Source: Gemmatimonadota bacterium (GTDB lineage Bacteria > Gemmatimonadota > Gemmatimonadetes > Gemmatimonadales > Gemmatimonadaceae). Taken from it: a DNA stretch of 64,000 nucleotides. Shown piece by piece: positions 19,338-28,411 of this stretch. Position 1 is the stretch's first letter. Every line of letters starts with the position of its first letter. The position numbers and the translations under genes are program-made. The stretch spans positions 351,492-415,491 of the forward strand of contig JAZJZK010000007.1 in assembly GCA_040389905.1 (NCBI GenBank). Direction: 5' to 3'. The notes beneath the pieces are model-generated. The model searched no databases. It had not been told where the DNA came from and saw only the letters and a program-made list of their open reading frames with translations.

Positions 19338-20613
19338 ATGCGCAGGACGTTGTGCGGAATTGCGACGCGCCTTGCCCTCATGGCACTCGCGAACGCTGCG
19401 CACGCGAACGCACAGGATCTGCGAGGCGAACCCCGTCGCACTCAAGGTCCTCGCCTATGACCGCACTCTGGATGGCGCTCCGGACCGTATTGAGAAACAG
19501 ATCGTGCGCATCGATTCGAGCGGCGGCGCAAAGACGTCGTTTACTGCGGTGCAATCGGCTGCCGACTTTGTTCGGCTCGGCTTCGTTCGCGAGCAGCGTG
19601 GTCTGTACACCTTTCTCGGGCCGGACGCGGAGACGCTGCTCGACAACGAGTTTACCGCTGGTTACTGCTTCTGGGTTCACGAGCCCGATGGCGCACGCGT
19701 CAACCAGGTTGGCCTAGTCTTCGAGCCGGCAGGGCGGCGACGTGGTCGAGTAGATATCGCGGGGACGCTGTGGGTCGACACGGCCGCTCGTGCACTGCGA
19801 GACATCGACTTTGCTTTCGTCGGCACCGGCAAGCAAATCGGTGCACCGGAGCCGGGCGGGCACATCTGGTTCCGCGAGATGCCGAATGGCGTCGTGCTCA
19901 TCGACCGGTGGTTTCTGCGGTTGACCTGTGCAGGCGTCGACACACTGGACCGCACCCGGTTTCGCGGCCCTCCGCTCTGGGAAAACTATCTTCACGATGT
20001 GGGCGGTGAAGTCGCTCGCGCGTCGTGGCCGGACGGGCAGTCGTGGCGCGCCTCGCTTGGTACGGTGCGGCTCCATCTCGACGACCAGTTCGGGAGGCCG
20101 GAGCGGAGACAATCGATTCGTCTGGACGGCACCGATTACGCGGGCACGCCGGACAGCGCGGGCAACATCGTCATTCCTGATCTGCTGCCTGGACCGTACG
20201 CCGTCGTGGTGGTGGATGCAATGTCTGGCGTGACGATGCCGACCGCGCTCCGGTTTTCCGCTCTGCGCGACAGCGTTATGCAATTCTCCATCGTCGCACC
20301 CTCGGCCGAGCGTTTCCAGAAGAAGGCCTGCCTCGGCGACCGTCGGAACACGTGGACAATCGGTCGTGCGCAACGAATGGATGGGAAGGGAGTCGCTGGC
20401 ATCCGGTGGGACGTCGGCATCGACCTCAATGAATCGTCGGAGATTGTTTTCGCGAGCGGCAAGACTGACGGGGACGGTGCGTTCGGCTTCTGTAGTTCGC
20501 TGCTCCGCGACCGGCGGCTGGGCGTGCGCGTCGCGGACAATGGAGCACCCCAGAACGTGGTGATCAGGACGCTCGAGGATGTCGCCTCGTCGTTCGTCGT
20601 CACGCTACCGTAG
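19338..20613 (+). pseudogene. Frameshifted, internally deleted paralog of the 21263-22999 exported protein
   Basis: Signal peptide ...ANAQDLRG in one frame; body EANP... in another frame is collinear with the paralog; about 370 bp are missing at 19421-19428. Confidence 0.8.
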
Positions 20614-20658
20614 TAGGCCATCGTCCGCCTTTATAGCCGTGGGCGCGAGAACCGAGAA

Positions 20659-20744
20659 TGTCATCCCGAGCGAAGTCGCCGTCTGCACCTTCAGTCTGAG
20701 TCTTGGTGCGGGCCCTTCAACTCGCATGCTCGCTCGGGGTGACA
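20659..20744. repeat. Degenerate REP-like inverted doublet
   Basis: TGTCATCCCGAGCGAAGTCG ... GGTGCGGGCCCTTCAACTCGCATGCTCGCTCGGGGTGACA. Confidence 0.85.
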
Positions 20745-20786
20745 GTAGGGATGGCGAGTGTGCCGCGAATTGTGTACAATTGGCCG

Positions 20787-21266
20787 GTGACCGCTGAGAT
20801 CGTCCCATTCGAGCCAGCCCATGCGCACGCATTCTATGCTCTCAACCGTGCATGGCTCGACGCGCACGGTCTCTATGAACCGGCCGACGAGCACCATCTT
20901 GCCCATCCCGAACGATCGATCCTTGCGGAAGGCGGCAGCATCTTCATTGCGGTCACCGAAGGCGAAGTCATTGGCACTGCGGCCGTTGTGCCGATCGACG
21001 AGCGAGTGGTGGAAATCGTGAAACTGACAGTGGCGAGTCACGCGCGCGGGCAGGGCCTTGGGCGACGCTTGGTGAATGCGTGTGTCCAGCGCGCACGTGA
21101 CGCAGGCGCTGAGCGGATTGCCCTCGTGTCCAGCTCGTTGCTCCACGACGCCCTGGCCCTGTATGAATCGATGGGTTTCGAACATCGGCCGATGCCATCG
21201 CGTGTTCCGTACGCGACTGCCGACGTGTACATGGAACTCGCCCTCGGGGATGCGGTACGCGCATGA
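20787..21266 (+). CDS. GNAT family N-acetyltransferase
   Basis: ARGQGLGRRL acetyl-CoA motif; ALALYESMGF; start taken at GTG 20787. Confidence 0.9.
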   Translation: MTAEIVPFEPAHAHAFYALNRAWLDAHGLYEPADEHHLAHPERSILAEGGSIFIAVTEGEVIGTAAVVPIDERVVEIVKLTVASHARGQGLGRRLVNACVQRARDAGAERIALVSSSLLHDALALYESMGFEHRPMPSRVPYATADVYMELALGDAVRA

Positions 21267-22999
21267 GATTCCTGGCGAGTCTCCATGCACGTCATCCCGA
21301 GCGAAGTCGAGGGATCTGCACGCGCAGCATGGGTTTGAGGTGCAGACCCCTCGACTCGCTTCGCTCCCTCGGGGTGACAATCCTGGCACTCATTGCCATA
21401 GCTATTCCGCGCGTCGCCGCAGCGCAGGAACTCCGCGGTACGATCATCGATAGCACGTCGCGCCGGCCGGTTGCGGGGGCCGTCGTCATGCTGATGGATT
21501 CTGTCCGGATGATGTTGGGGCGAGGACTCAGCGACGAGCGCGGAGAGTACAGGCTGCTTCTGACCGCAGCCGCGACGCGCATACGCATTGTCAGACTGGG
21601 TTTCCGCGCACGCGAAGTGTCGCTGCCCGCCGACCATGCCACTGGCGGCCGTGTGGACGTTGTCATGCTCGCCATTCCGGCGATGCTCGATCGCGTGGCG
21701 GTGATCGCGTCACCAAAGTGTGCGAAGCGAAGCGATGCAGAGGCGGCGCTCGCGCTCCTCGATCAGGCTCGATCCGGCCTGCTCGCAACCATCGTCGCGC
21801 GCGAGGCGAATCCCGGCACCTTCAAGATGCTCGCCTTCGGCCGCTCGATGGACGGATACAGCGACAGGATTCTGAAACAGGCCGTTCGCATCGATTCGAG
21901 TTCTGCGACGAAGTCGTTCTACGCGGTGCGGACCGGTGCCGATTTCGTACGGCTCGGCTTCGCGCGTGATAGCAATGGGGTTCGCAACTACCTGGGACCC
22001 GACGCCGAAACGCTGATCGACAACGATTTCGCGCTCGGCTACTGCTTTCGGGTGCACGATCCAGTGCGCGAACGGCCCCATCAGGTTGGGCTCACCTTTG
22101 GCGCGGCGGACCGCAAAAAGGGTCGCATCGACGTCGACGGCACGTTGTGGGTGGATACCGCAGCACGCGCGTTGCGCGACATCGAGTTTTCCTTCGTCGG
22201 AACCGAGCCTCTGCTTGGCGCACCCACGCCGGGCGGCCACATCTGGTTCCGCGAAATGCCAAGCGGTGTCGTGATCATCGACCGGTGGTTCTTTCGCTTG
22301 ATCGGCGCAGGAAGCGACACCAGCTACAGCCACCGTAGTGACCAGTCGATCCGCACCTGGTACTTCGCCCGCGACGCGGGGGGCGAAGTCGCGCGCGTCA
22401 TATGGCCCGACGGCCGCGCCTGGAAAGCATCGCTCGGCACGCTGGAACTACATCTCGTGGATCGGCTCGGCCGGCCGGCGCGGAACCAGATCATCAGGTT
22501 GCGTGACACGGACTACCTCGCGAGCCCCAACGCCCGTGGCGACCTGGAGATTCCGGATTTGCTGCCTGGTCCGTACGTCGTGCAGGCGATCGACGTCGAG
22601 AGTGGCGTCGCGCTCGATACCGACCTCTCCATCGTGGCCATCCGGGACAGCGTCGTGCGCACGGCGCTCGTGGCACCGGCGCCGGATGTCTTTCGGAAGA
22701 AGGCGTGCGAGCGAACCGCTCCGAACAGGTGGATTCCCGTGCTGGTCCTCATCGGTCAGAAGGCACCGGCGCCTGGCGTCGAGTGGGAAATCGGTACGCG
22801 ACTCGGCACGGAAGCGGAGGACGTCATCGCGAGCGGACATGCCGACGAGGAGGGCCGGTTTGGGTTTTGTAGTTCGTTGATGAAGGATCGGATCCTCGAC
22901 GTTCGTACGCGTCGAAATGAGGCGACGCGGCAGGACATCATCACGAGTCTCGTTGGCACGGTCAACGAGCTCAAGATCACGCTGCCGCCATCCCCATAG
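21263..22999 (+). CDS. Exported protein with carboxypeptidase-regulatory-like domains
   Basis: AQELRGTIIDS..RRPVAGAVV...SDERGEY...RLGF pattern; second such domain at PDLLPGPY; ATGA overlap with upstream gene. Confidence 0.75.
   Translation: MRFLASLHARHPERSRGICTRSMGLRCRPLDSLRSLGVTILALIAIAIPRVAAAQELRGTIIDSTSRRPVAGAVVMLMDSVRMMLGRGLSDERGEYRLLLTAAATRIRIVRLGFRAREVSLPADHATGGRVDVVMLAIPAMLDRVAVIASPKCAKRSDAEAALALLDQARSGLLATIVAREANPGTFKMLAFGRSMDGYSDRILKQAVRIDSSSATKSFYAVRTGADFVRLGFARDSNGVRNYLGPDAETLIDNDFALGYCFRVHDPVRERPHQVGLTFGAADRKKGRIDVDGTLWVDTAARALRDIEFSFVGTEPLLGAPTPGGHIWFREMPSGVVIIDRWFFRLIGAGSDTSYSHRSDQSIRTWYFARDAGGEVARVIWPDGRAWKASLGTLELHLVDRLGRPARNQIIRLRDTDYLASPNARGDLEIPDLLPGPYVVQAIDVESGVALDTDLSIVAIRDSVVRTALVAPAPDVFRKKACERTAPNRWIPVLVLIGQKAPAPGVEWEIGTRLGTEAEDVIASGHADEEGRFGFCSSLMKDRILDVRTRRNEATRQDIITSLVGTVNELKITLPPSP
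21290..21379. repeat. REP-like inverted doublet, 90 nt, in frame inside the CDS 5' end
   Basis: CGTCATCCCGAGCGAAGTCGAGGGATCTGCAC ... GTGCAGACCCCTCGACTCGCTTCGCTCCCTCGGGGTGACA. Confidence 0.92.
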
Positions 23000-23005
23000 C
23001 CACTG

Positions 23006-23044
23006 TTCGTTTTGTCGCCCTGAGCGCAGCGAAGGGCCCGCACC
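23006..23044 (+). repeat. Single REP-like unit
   Basis: TTCGTTTTGTCGCCCTGAGCGCAGCGAAGGGCCCGCACC; inverse of the 14201-14242 unit. Confidence 0.9.
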
Positions 23045-23087
23045 TTTGCACTTACTCATGGTGTTGCGCCGCGCCAAATTTCATCTC

Positions 23088-25043
23088 GTGAGCGCACTCT
23101 CCGTTGGAATCGATGTTGGCGGCACTTTCACTGATCTCGTCGCCGTTGACGCGTTCGGCGCCGTCAGTGCGCGCAAAGTCCCGAGCACGCCAAGTGATCA
23201 GAGTGAAGGGGTGGCCAGTGCGCTCGCACTGCTCCAGAGCGAGCCCGTCGCGAGGTTCGTGCATGGCACGACGGTCGCGACGAACATGCTGCTCGAGCGC
23301 GCCGGCGCACGCGTCGTCCTCATTGCGACCGACGGATTCACTGATGTATTGCACCTCGCGCGACAGGACCGAGCATCGCTCTACGATCTGACGCGACATC
23401 ATCCCGCTCCTCTCGTCGATCGCGCTCACACGGTCGGCGCTCGCGAGCGCATCGAGCCCGAGGGTGTGCGGCTAGAGCTCACCGCGGCGGCGATCCACGA
23501 GATCGTCGAGCAGGTGCGCGCACTCGCGCCGGATGTCATCGCGATCTCCCTGCTGCACGCGTACGACGACAGCGCACATGAGCAGCGCATCGCCGAGGCG
23601 CTGCGTGCGGCATTTCCGAGCGTGGATGTGGTGCTATCGTCGGACGTATTTCCGGAGATTCGCGAATACGAGCGCACGGCGACGGCGGTGGCCGAGTCGT
23701 ACCTCCGCCCCGGCGTCTCTCGATATCTGGAGCGGCTCTCGGAGCGAGCGGCAGCGCTCGGCGTGCCGGCGCCCGGGGTGATGACGTCTGGCGGCGGAAT
23801 GCGAACGATCGCCCAGGCGGCGCGAAGCGCGGCATCGCTCGCGCTGTCGGGGCCGGCGGGAGGTGTCGTCGGCGCAGCAGCCGTGTTGAAGGCCGCGGGC
23901 TTCTCGAATGCGCTCACCGTGGATATTGGTGGAACGAGCGCGGACGTCGGCCTCATTCTCGGCGGCGAGCCGTTGATTGAACCGGGCGGCCGAGTGGCAG
24001 GCGTTCCGATTTCACTCCCACGTGTGCTTGTCGAAACGGTGTCGGCAGGTGGCGGGAGTATCGGGTGGATCGACGATGGCGGCGCGTTGCGCGTCGGTCC
24101 TCGCAGCGCCGGCGCCGTTCCCGGACCCGCTGCGTTCGGCCGCGGCGGTACGCAGGCCACCGTCACCGACGCTCACGTGGTCCTTGGTCACATCACCGCG
24201 AGCGCACTCAGCGCCGGCGTGTCGCTCGACCTCGACGCAGCACGCCGCGCCGTCGCAATTCTCGCCGAGCGGCTGGACGTCGAGCCGGAACGTCTGGCTC
24301 GCGCGATGGTCGATATCGCGGACGCGTCCGTGGCGCGCGCCCTTCGCCGGGTGAGCGTCGAACGAGGCGTGAACCCCCGTGATTGCGTCCTCGTCCCGTT
24401 TGGCGGCGGGGGGCCACTCCACGCGTGTGGTCTCGCCGAGCAGTTGGGTGTCTCGACGATCTTCGTTCCGCCATTTCCTGGCATGCTGAGCGCCGTTGGT
24501 CTGGCGATCACCCCGGAGCGGCGTGAGCGAATGGTGAGCGTCCTCGCGCGCGCGGACGCGCTCGATGCAGACACATTGCGCGCCGCGTTGGAGCGCGCCG
24601 CCGAGGGCGTTGCCGAGGGTCACGATTGGCAGCGCACGTGGACGGCGCGCATGCGGTACGTCGGGCAAGGCCACGAGCTCGATGTGCCCGCCTTCGTCGC
24701 TGACGACGGGTCCGCCCTGTCGACCCGCTTCGGCGCCGCGCACGCGCAGCGGAATGGGTTTACACTTGGTTCGCCGGCGGAGTTGATCGGAGTACGCCAC
24801 GTTGCCAGCGGCTCCGGGCATCCGATTCGTTTCGAGCGCCTCGAATCGTCGGAGTGGAGCGCGGCGACGCGTATTGACGACGGCGGGAGTTTCCAGGCAG
24901 AGCTCCACGGGCCCGCCGTCGTCGTGCTAGCCGGTGCAACACTGAGTGTGAAAGAGGGATGGACGGCGAACCCGCACGCAACGGGCGGGTGGCTGATCAC
25001 TTCACTACGTTTTCCGAATGGCAGAAAAGAAGAAGAAGCCTAA
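23088..25043 (+). CDS. Hydantoinase A / 5-oxoprolinase N-terminal subunit
   Basis: GIDVGGTFTD, HGTTVATN, SGPAGG, DIGGTSAD, AGGGSI, FGGGGPLH. Confidence 0.92.
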   Translation: MSALSVGIDVGGTFTDLVAVDAFGAVSARKVPSTPSDQSEGVASALALLQSEPVARFVHGTTVATNMLLERAGARVVLIATDGFTDVLHLARQDRASLYDLTRHHPAPLVDRAHTVGARERIEPEGVRLELTAAAIHEIVEQVRALAPDVIAISLLHAYDDSAHEQRIAEALRAAFPSVDVVLSSDVFPEIREYERTATAVAESYLRPGVSRYLERLSERAAALGVPAPGVMTSGGGMRTIAQAARSAASLALSGPAGGVVGAAAVLKAAGFSNALTVDIGGTSADVGLILGGEPLIEPGGRVAGVPISLPRVLVETVSAGGGSIGWIDDGGALRVGPRSAGAVPGPAAFGRGGTQATVTDAHVVLGHITASALSAGVSLDLDAARRAVAILAERLDVEPERLARAMVDIADASVARALRRVSVERGVNPRDCVLVPFGGGGPLHACGLAEQLGVSTIFVPPFPGMLSAVGLAITPERRERMVSVLARADALDADTLRAALERAAEGVAEGHDWQRTWTARMRYVGQGHELDVPAFVADDGSALSTRFGAAHAQRNGFTLGSPAELIGVRHVASGSGHPIRFERLESSEWSAATRIDDGGSFQAELHGPAVVVLAGATLSVKEGWTANPHATGGWLITSLRFPNGRKEEEA

Positions 25044-26880
25044 ATACGATTCAAAGCGCGCGTGGGCCGAAGCTCGTGCGTTGATCTGGGAGCATCGCAC
25101 GTCGGTCAGCATTGGCCTCGTGCTCATGCTGATCAGCCGAGCAGCAGGGTTCGTGCTTCCGGCAAGCACGAAATGGCTTATCGATGACGTGATCGGTAAG
25201 CACCATGTCGAGCTGCTCATGCCCCTCGCGTTGGCCGCGGGCGCCGCGACGTTGATCAACGCCCTGACGTCATACGCCCTCTCCCAAGTCGTCAGCGTGG
25301 CGGCGCAACAGGCGATCGCCAAACTCCGTGAAGACGTGCAGGCGCATCTCGTGCGACTACCTGTACGGTTTTTCGATAGCACGAAGAGCGGCATTCTCGT
25401 CTCGCGCGTCATGAACGACCCCGAGGGGATTCGCAACCTCGTCGGTACCGGGCTCATTCAGCTGGTGGGCGGATTCGTGACCGCCGTCGTCGCCCTGGTC
25501 GTACTCTTCTGGTTGAACTGGAAGCTCACGTCGGGGACCGTGATTTTCCTCGGTATTTTCGGAACGGGCATGGCCATCGCGTTCGGCAAACTTCGCCCGC
25601 TCTTTCGCGAGCGGAGTGTCATTACGGCCGACGTGACGGGGCGTCTCGCGGAAACGATCGGCGGCATTCGCATCGTCAAGGTGTACACCGCGGAGGAACG
25701 CGAGCGGGCTGTGTTTGCCGGAGGCGTGCAGCGGTTGTTCCGAAACGTCGCGAGCACGATCACCGGCACCTCGGCGACGAGTGCACTTTCCACGGCCGTG
25801 GTCGGAGCGATCGGCGTGCTGCTGATGGTGTTCGGCGGACGCGCCGTGCTTGCCGGCGCGATGACGCTCGGCGACCTGCTGATGTACCTGATCTTCATCG
25901 GCTTGGTGACGCTGCCACTCGTTCAGATCGCGAACATCGGCACGCAGCTCACCGAAGCACTGGCTGGCCTCGATCGCATTCGCGAGCTGCGCGACATGGC
26001 GACCGAGGATCAGGAAGACGCGAACAGGGCGCCGGTGCCCGCCGTGCGTGGAGATGTGGCCTTCGAGAACGTGTGGTTCGAATACGAACCCGGCGTGCCG
26101 GTGCTCAAGGGCGTGTCGTTCAGTGCGCCGGCAGGCACCACCACTGCGCTCGTCGGCTCGAGCGGATCGGGGAAGAGCACGCTCATTTCCCTCGTCATGG
26201 CCTTCGCTCGGCCGCAGACCGGTCGCATCCTGTTGGATGAAGCCGATCTCGAAAGCCTCAAGTTGCACGACTACCGTGGACATCTCGGCGTCGTGATGCA
26301 GGACAACTTCCTGTTCGACGGCACGGTGAAGGAGAACATCGCCTTCACGCGCCCCAACGCGACCGACGAGCAGGTGCGCGACGTCGCGCGCATCGCGAAT
26401 GTCGACGAATTCGTGCAAGGCTTTCCCGACAAGTACGATACGATCGTGGGCGAGCGTGGCGTGAAGCTGTCCGGCGGCCAGCGCCAGCGCGTCGCGATCG
26501 CGCGCGCCATTCTCGCGGATCCGCGCATCCTCATTCTCGACGAAGCGACGTCCTCGCTCGACAGCGAAAGCGAGCAGATGATCCAGCAGGGGCTTCGTCG
26601 CCTGCGTGCGGGACGAACCACATTCGTCATCGCGCACCGGTTGTCCACGATCACCAGCGCCGACCAGATCCTCGTGCTCGAGCATGGAGAAATCGTCGAG
26701 CGAGGGAATCATCACGAGCTGCTGGCGCACAGCGGACGGTATCGCGATCTGTACGAGCGGCAGCACCGCGTGGAGGACGATGTGTTCGTCAACCCCGGAG
26801 AGGACCCGATTCCAACGGACGAGAGCGATGCGCGCGCCGAGGCGTTGCGGATCGCGGCGCGCACGGGAAGCCGGCTGTAG
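25018..26880 (+). CDS. ABC exporter, fused permease/ATPase (MsbA-like)
   Basis: TM domain; GSSGSGKS Walker A; LSGGQRQR; ILDEATS; IAHRLST. Confidence 0.95.
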   Translation: MAEKKKKPKYDSKRAWAEARALIWEHRTSVSIGLVLMLISRAAGFVLPASTKWLIDDVIGKHHVELLMPLALAAGAATLINALTSYALSQVVSVAAQQAIAKLREDVQAHLVRLPVRFFDSTKSGILVSRVMNDPEGIRNLVGTGLIQLVGGFVTAVVALVVLFWLNWKLTSGTVIFLGIFGTGMAIAFGKLRPLFRERSVITADVTGRLAETIGGIRIVKVYTAEERERAVFAGGVQRLFRNVASTITGTSATSALSTAVVGAIGVLLMVFGGRAVLAGAMTLGDLLMYLIFIGLVTLPLVQIANIGTQLTEALAGLDRIRELRDMATEDQEDANRAPVPAVRGDVAFENVWFEYEPGVPVLKGVSFSAPAGTTTALVGSSGSGKSTLISLVMAFARPQTGRILLDEADLESLKLHDYRGHLGVVMQDNFLFDGTVKENIAFTRPNATDEQVRDVARIANVDEFVQGFPDKYDTIVGERGVKLSGGQRQRVAIARAILADPRILILDEATSSLDSESEQMIQQGLRRLRAGRTTFVIAHRLSTITSADQILVLEHGEIVERGNHHELLAHSGRYRDLYERQHRVEDDVFVNPGEDPIPTDESDARAEALRIAARTGSRL

Positions 26881-26887
26881 CGCGGAC

Positions 26888-28411
26888 GTGGACCCACTGG
26901 AGCTGTCCGTGCTCGCGCACGGCGTCGCAATGATTGCCGAGGAGATGGGCGCGGTACTCGTACGAAGCGCGCTCTCTCCAAACATTCGCGAACGTCGCGA
27001 CGCATCGTCCGCCGTCTTCGACGCGGCAGGCCGGATGATCGCGCAGGCGGCGCACATTCCCGTGCACCTTGGCGCGATGCCGGAATCGGTCGCCGCGGTT
27101 CGTGCGCGTAATCCGGCGCCGGGTGATGTCTTTCTGCTCAACGATCCGTATCACGGCGGTTCGCACCTCCCCGATCTGACGCTGATCGAGGCAGTCGACA
27201 TCGATGGCGAGGTGGGCGGGTTCACCGCCGTGCGCGCACACCACGCCGACGTGGGCGGTATGAGTCCAGGCAGCATGCCACAAGGCGCGACAGAGTTGGT
27301 TCAGGAAGGGCTCATCGTTCCACCGATCAGGTTGGTGCGCGCGGGCGTGCTCGACGAGGAGCTCTTGTCCTTCATTCTCGCCAACGTGCGCACGCCCGAA
27401 GAGCGACGTGGCGACCTCGGCGCGCAACTCGCTGCGTGCGCGATCGGCGCGTCAGGATGGCGCGCACTGGCGGCGCGGCTCGGCAGACCCCGACTCGATG
27501 CTGCGTGCAACGCGTTGCTCGACTACGCCGAGCGCCGTGTCCGTGCTCGGCTGGTGCCGCTGGACGGCGTTGCCGGGTTCGCAGAGGATCGGCTCGAAGG
27601 GGATGGCGTGACTGAGGCTGATATCCCGGTTCGAGTGGCGCTTCATATTCGCAATGGAACGTTGCATCTCGATCTCACAGGGAGCGCCCCCCAGGTTGCA
27701 GGGAACGTGAATTGTCCGTCGGCGGTCACACGCGCGGCGGCGGTATTCGCCGTGCGCACGCTCCTCGACGACGACGTGCCGACGAACGACGGAATCGCGC
27801 GTGCCATTTCACTCGTGCTCCCGGAACGCAGTGCCGTGAATGCCGCCTGGCCCGCTGCGGTGGCGGCAGGCAATGTGGAAATGTCGCAACGCATTGCCGA
27901 CACAATTCTCGCGGCGCTGGGCGATGCCGGCGTTGACGTCGCGGCCCAAGGGCAGGGCACGATGAACAACATCACGTTCGGCGGAGCGGGTTGGACATTC
28001 TACGAAACGCTGGGGGGCGGTCAGGGCGCGAATTCCAGGGGCGACGGACCTTCGGGTGTGCACGTGGGCATGAGCAACACACTGAACACGCCCGTCGAGT
28101 CGCTGGAGCGTTCGACGCCATTGCGAATCGATCGCTATGCGATCCGTGAAAAGTCGGGCGGCGGCGGTGCCACGCGCGGTGGGAACGGCGTCATTCGCGA
28201 GTATCGAGCGACCGCACCATGCACGGTAACGCTCTTGACCGAACGTCGCCGGCATGCGCCGCGCGGCGTGGCCGGGGGAGCAGACGGAACACCTGGAAGG
28301 AACCTGCTCAACGGTGAGGCGTTGCCGGCAAAGTGCCGCCGCACGCTCGCGGCCGGAGACGTCGTGACGATCGAGACGCCAGGCGGCGGCGGGCACGGCA
28401 TCGCAGGATGA
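26888..28411 (+). CDS. Hydantoinase B / 5-oxoprolinase C-terminal subunit
   Basis: SPNIRERRDAS, HIPVHLG, NDPYHGGSHLPD, HHADVGG, TPGGGG. Confidence 0.93.
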   Translation: MDPLELSVLAHGVAMIAEEMGAVLVRSALSPNIRERRDASSAVFDAAGRMIAQAAHIPVHLGAMPESVAAVRARNPAPGDVFLLNDPYHGGSHLPDLTLIEAVDIDGEVGGFTAVRAHHADVGGMSPGSMPQGATELVQEGLIVPPIRLVRAGVLDEELLSFILANVRTPEERRGDLGAQLAACAIGASGWRALAARLGRPRLDAACNALLDYAERRVRARLVPLDGVAGFAEDRLEGDGVTEADIPVRVALHIRNGTLHLDLTGSAPQVAGNVNCPSAVTRAAAVFAVRTLLDDDVPTNDGIARAISLVLPERSAVNAAWPAAVAAGNVEMSQRIADTILAALGDAGVDVAAQGQGTMNNITFGGAGWTFYETLGGGQGANSRGDGPSGVHVGMSNTLNTPVESLERSTPLRIDRYAIREKSGGGGATRGGNGVIREYRATAPCTVTLLTERRRHAPRGVAGGADGTPGRNLLNGEALPAKCRRTLAAGDVVTIETPGGGGHGIAG

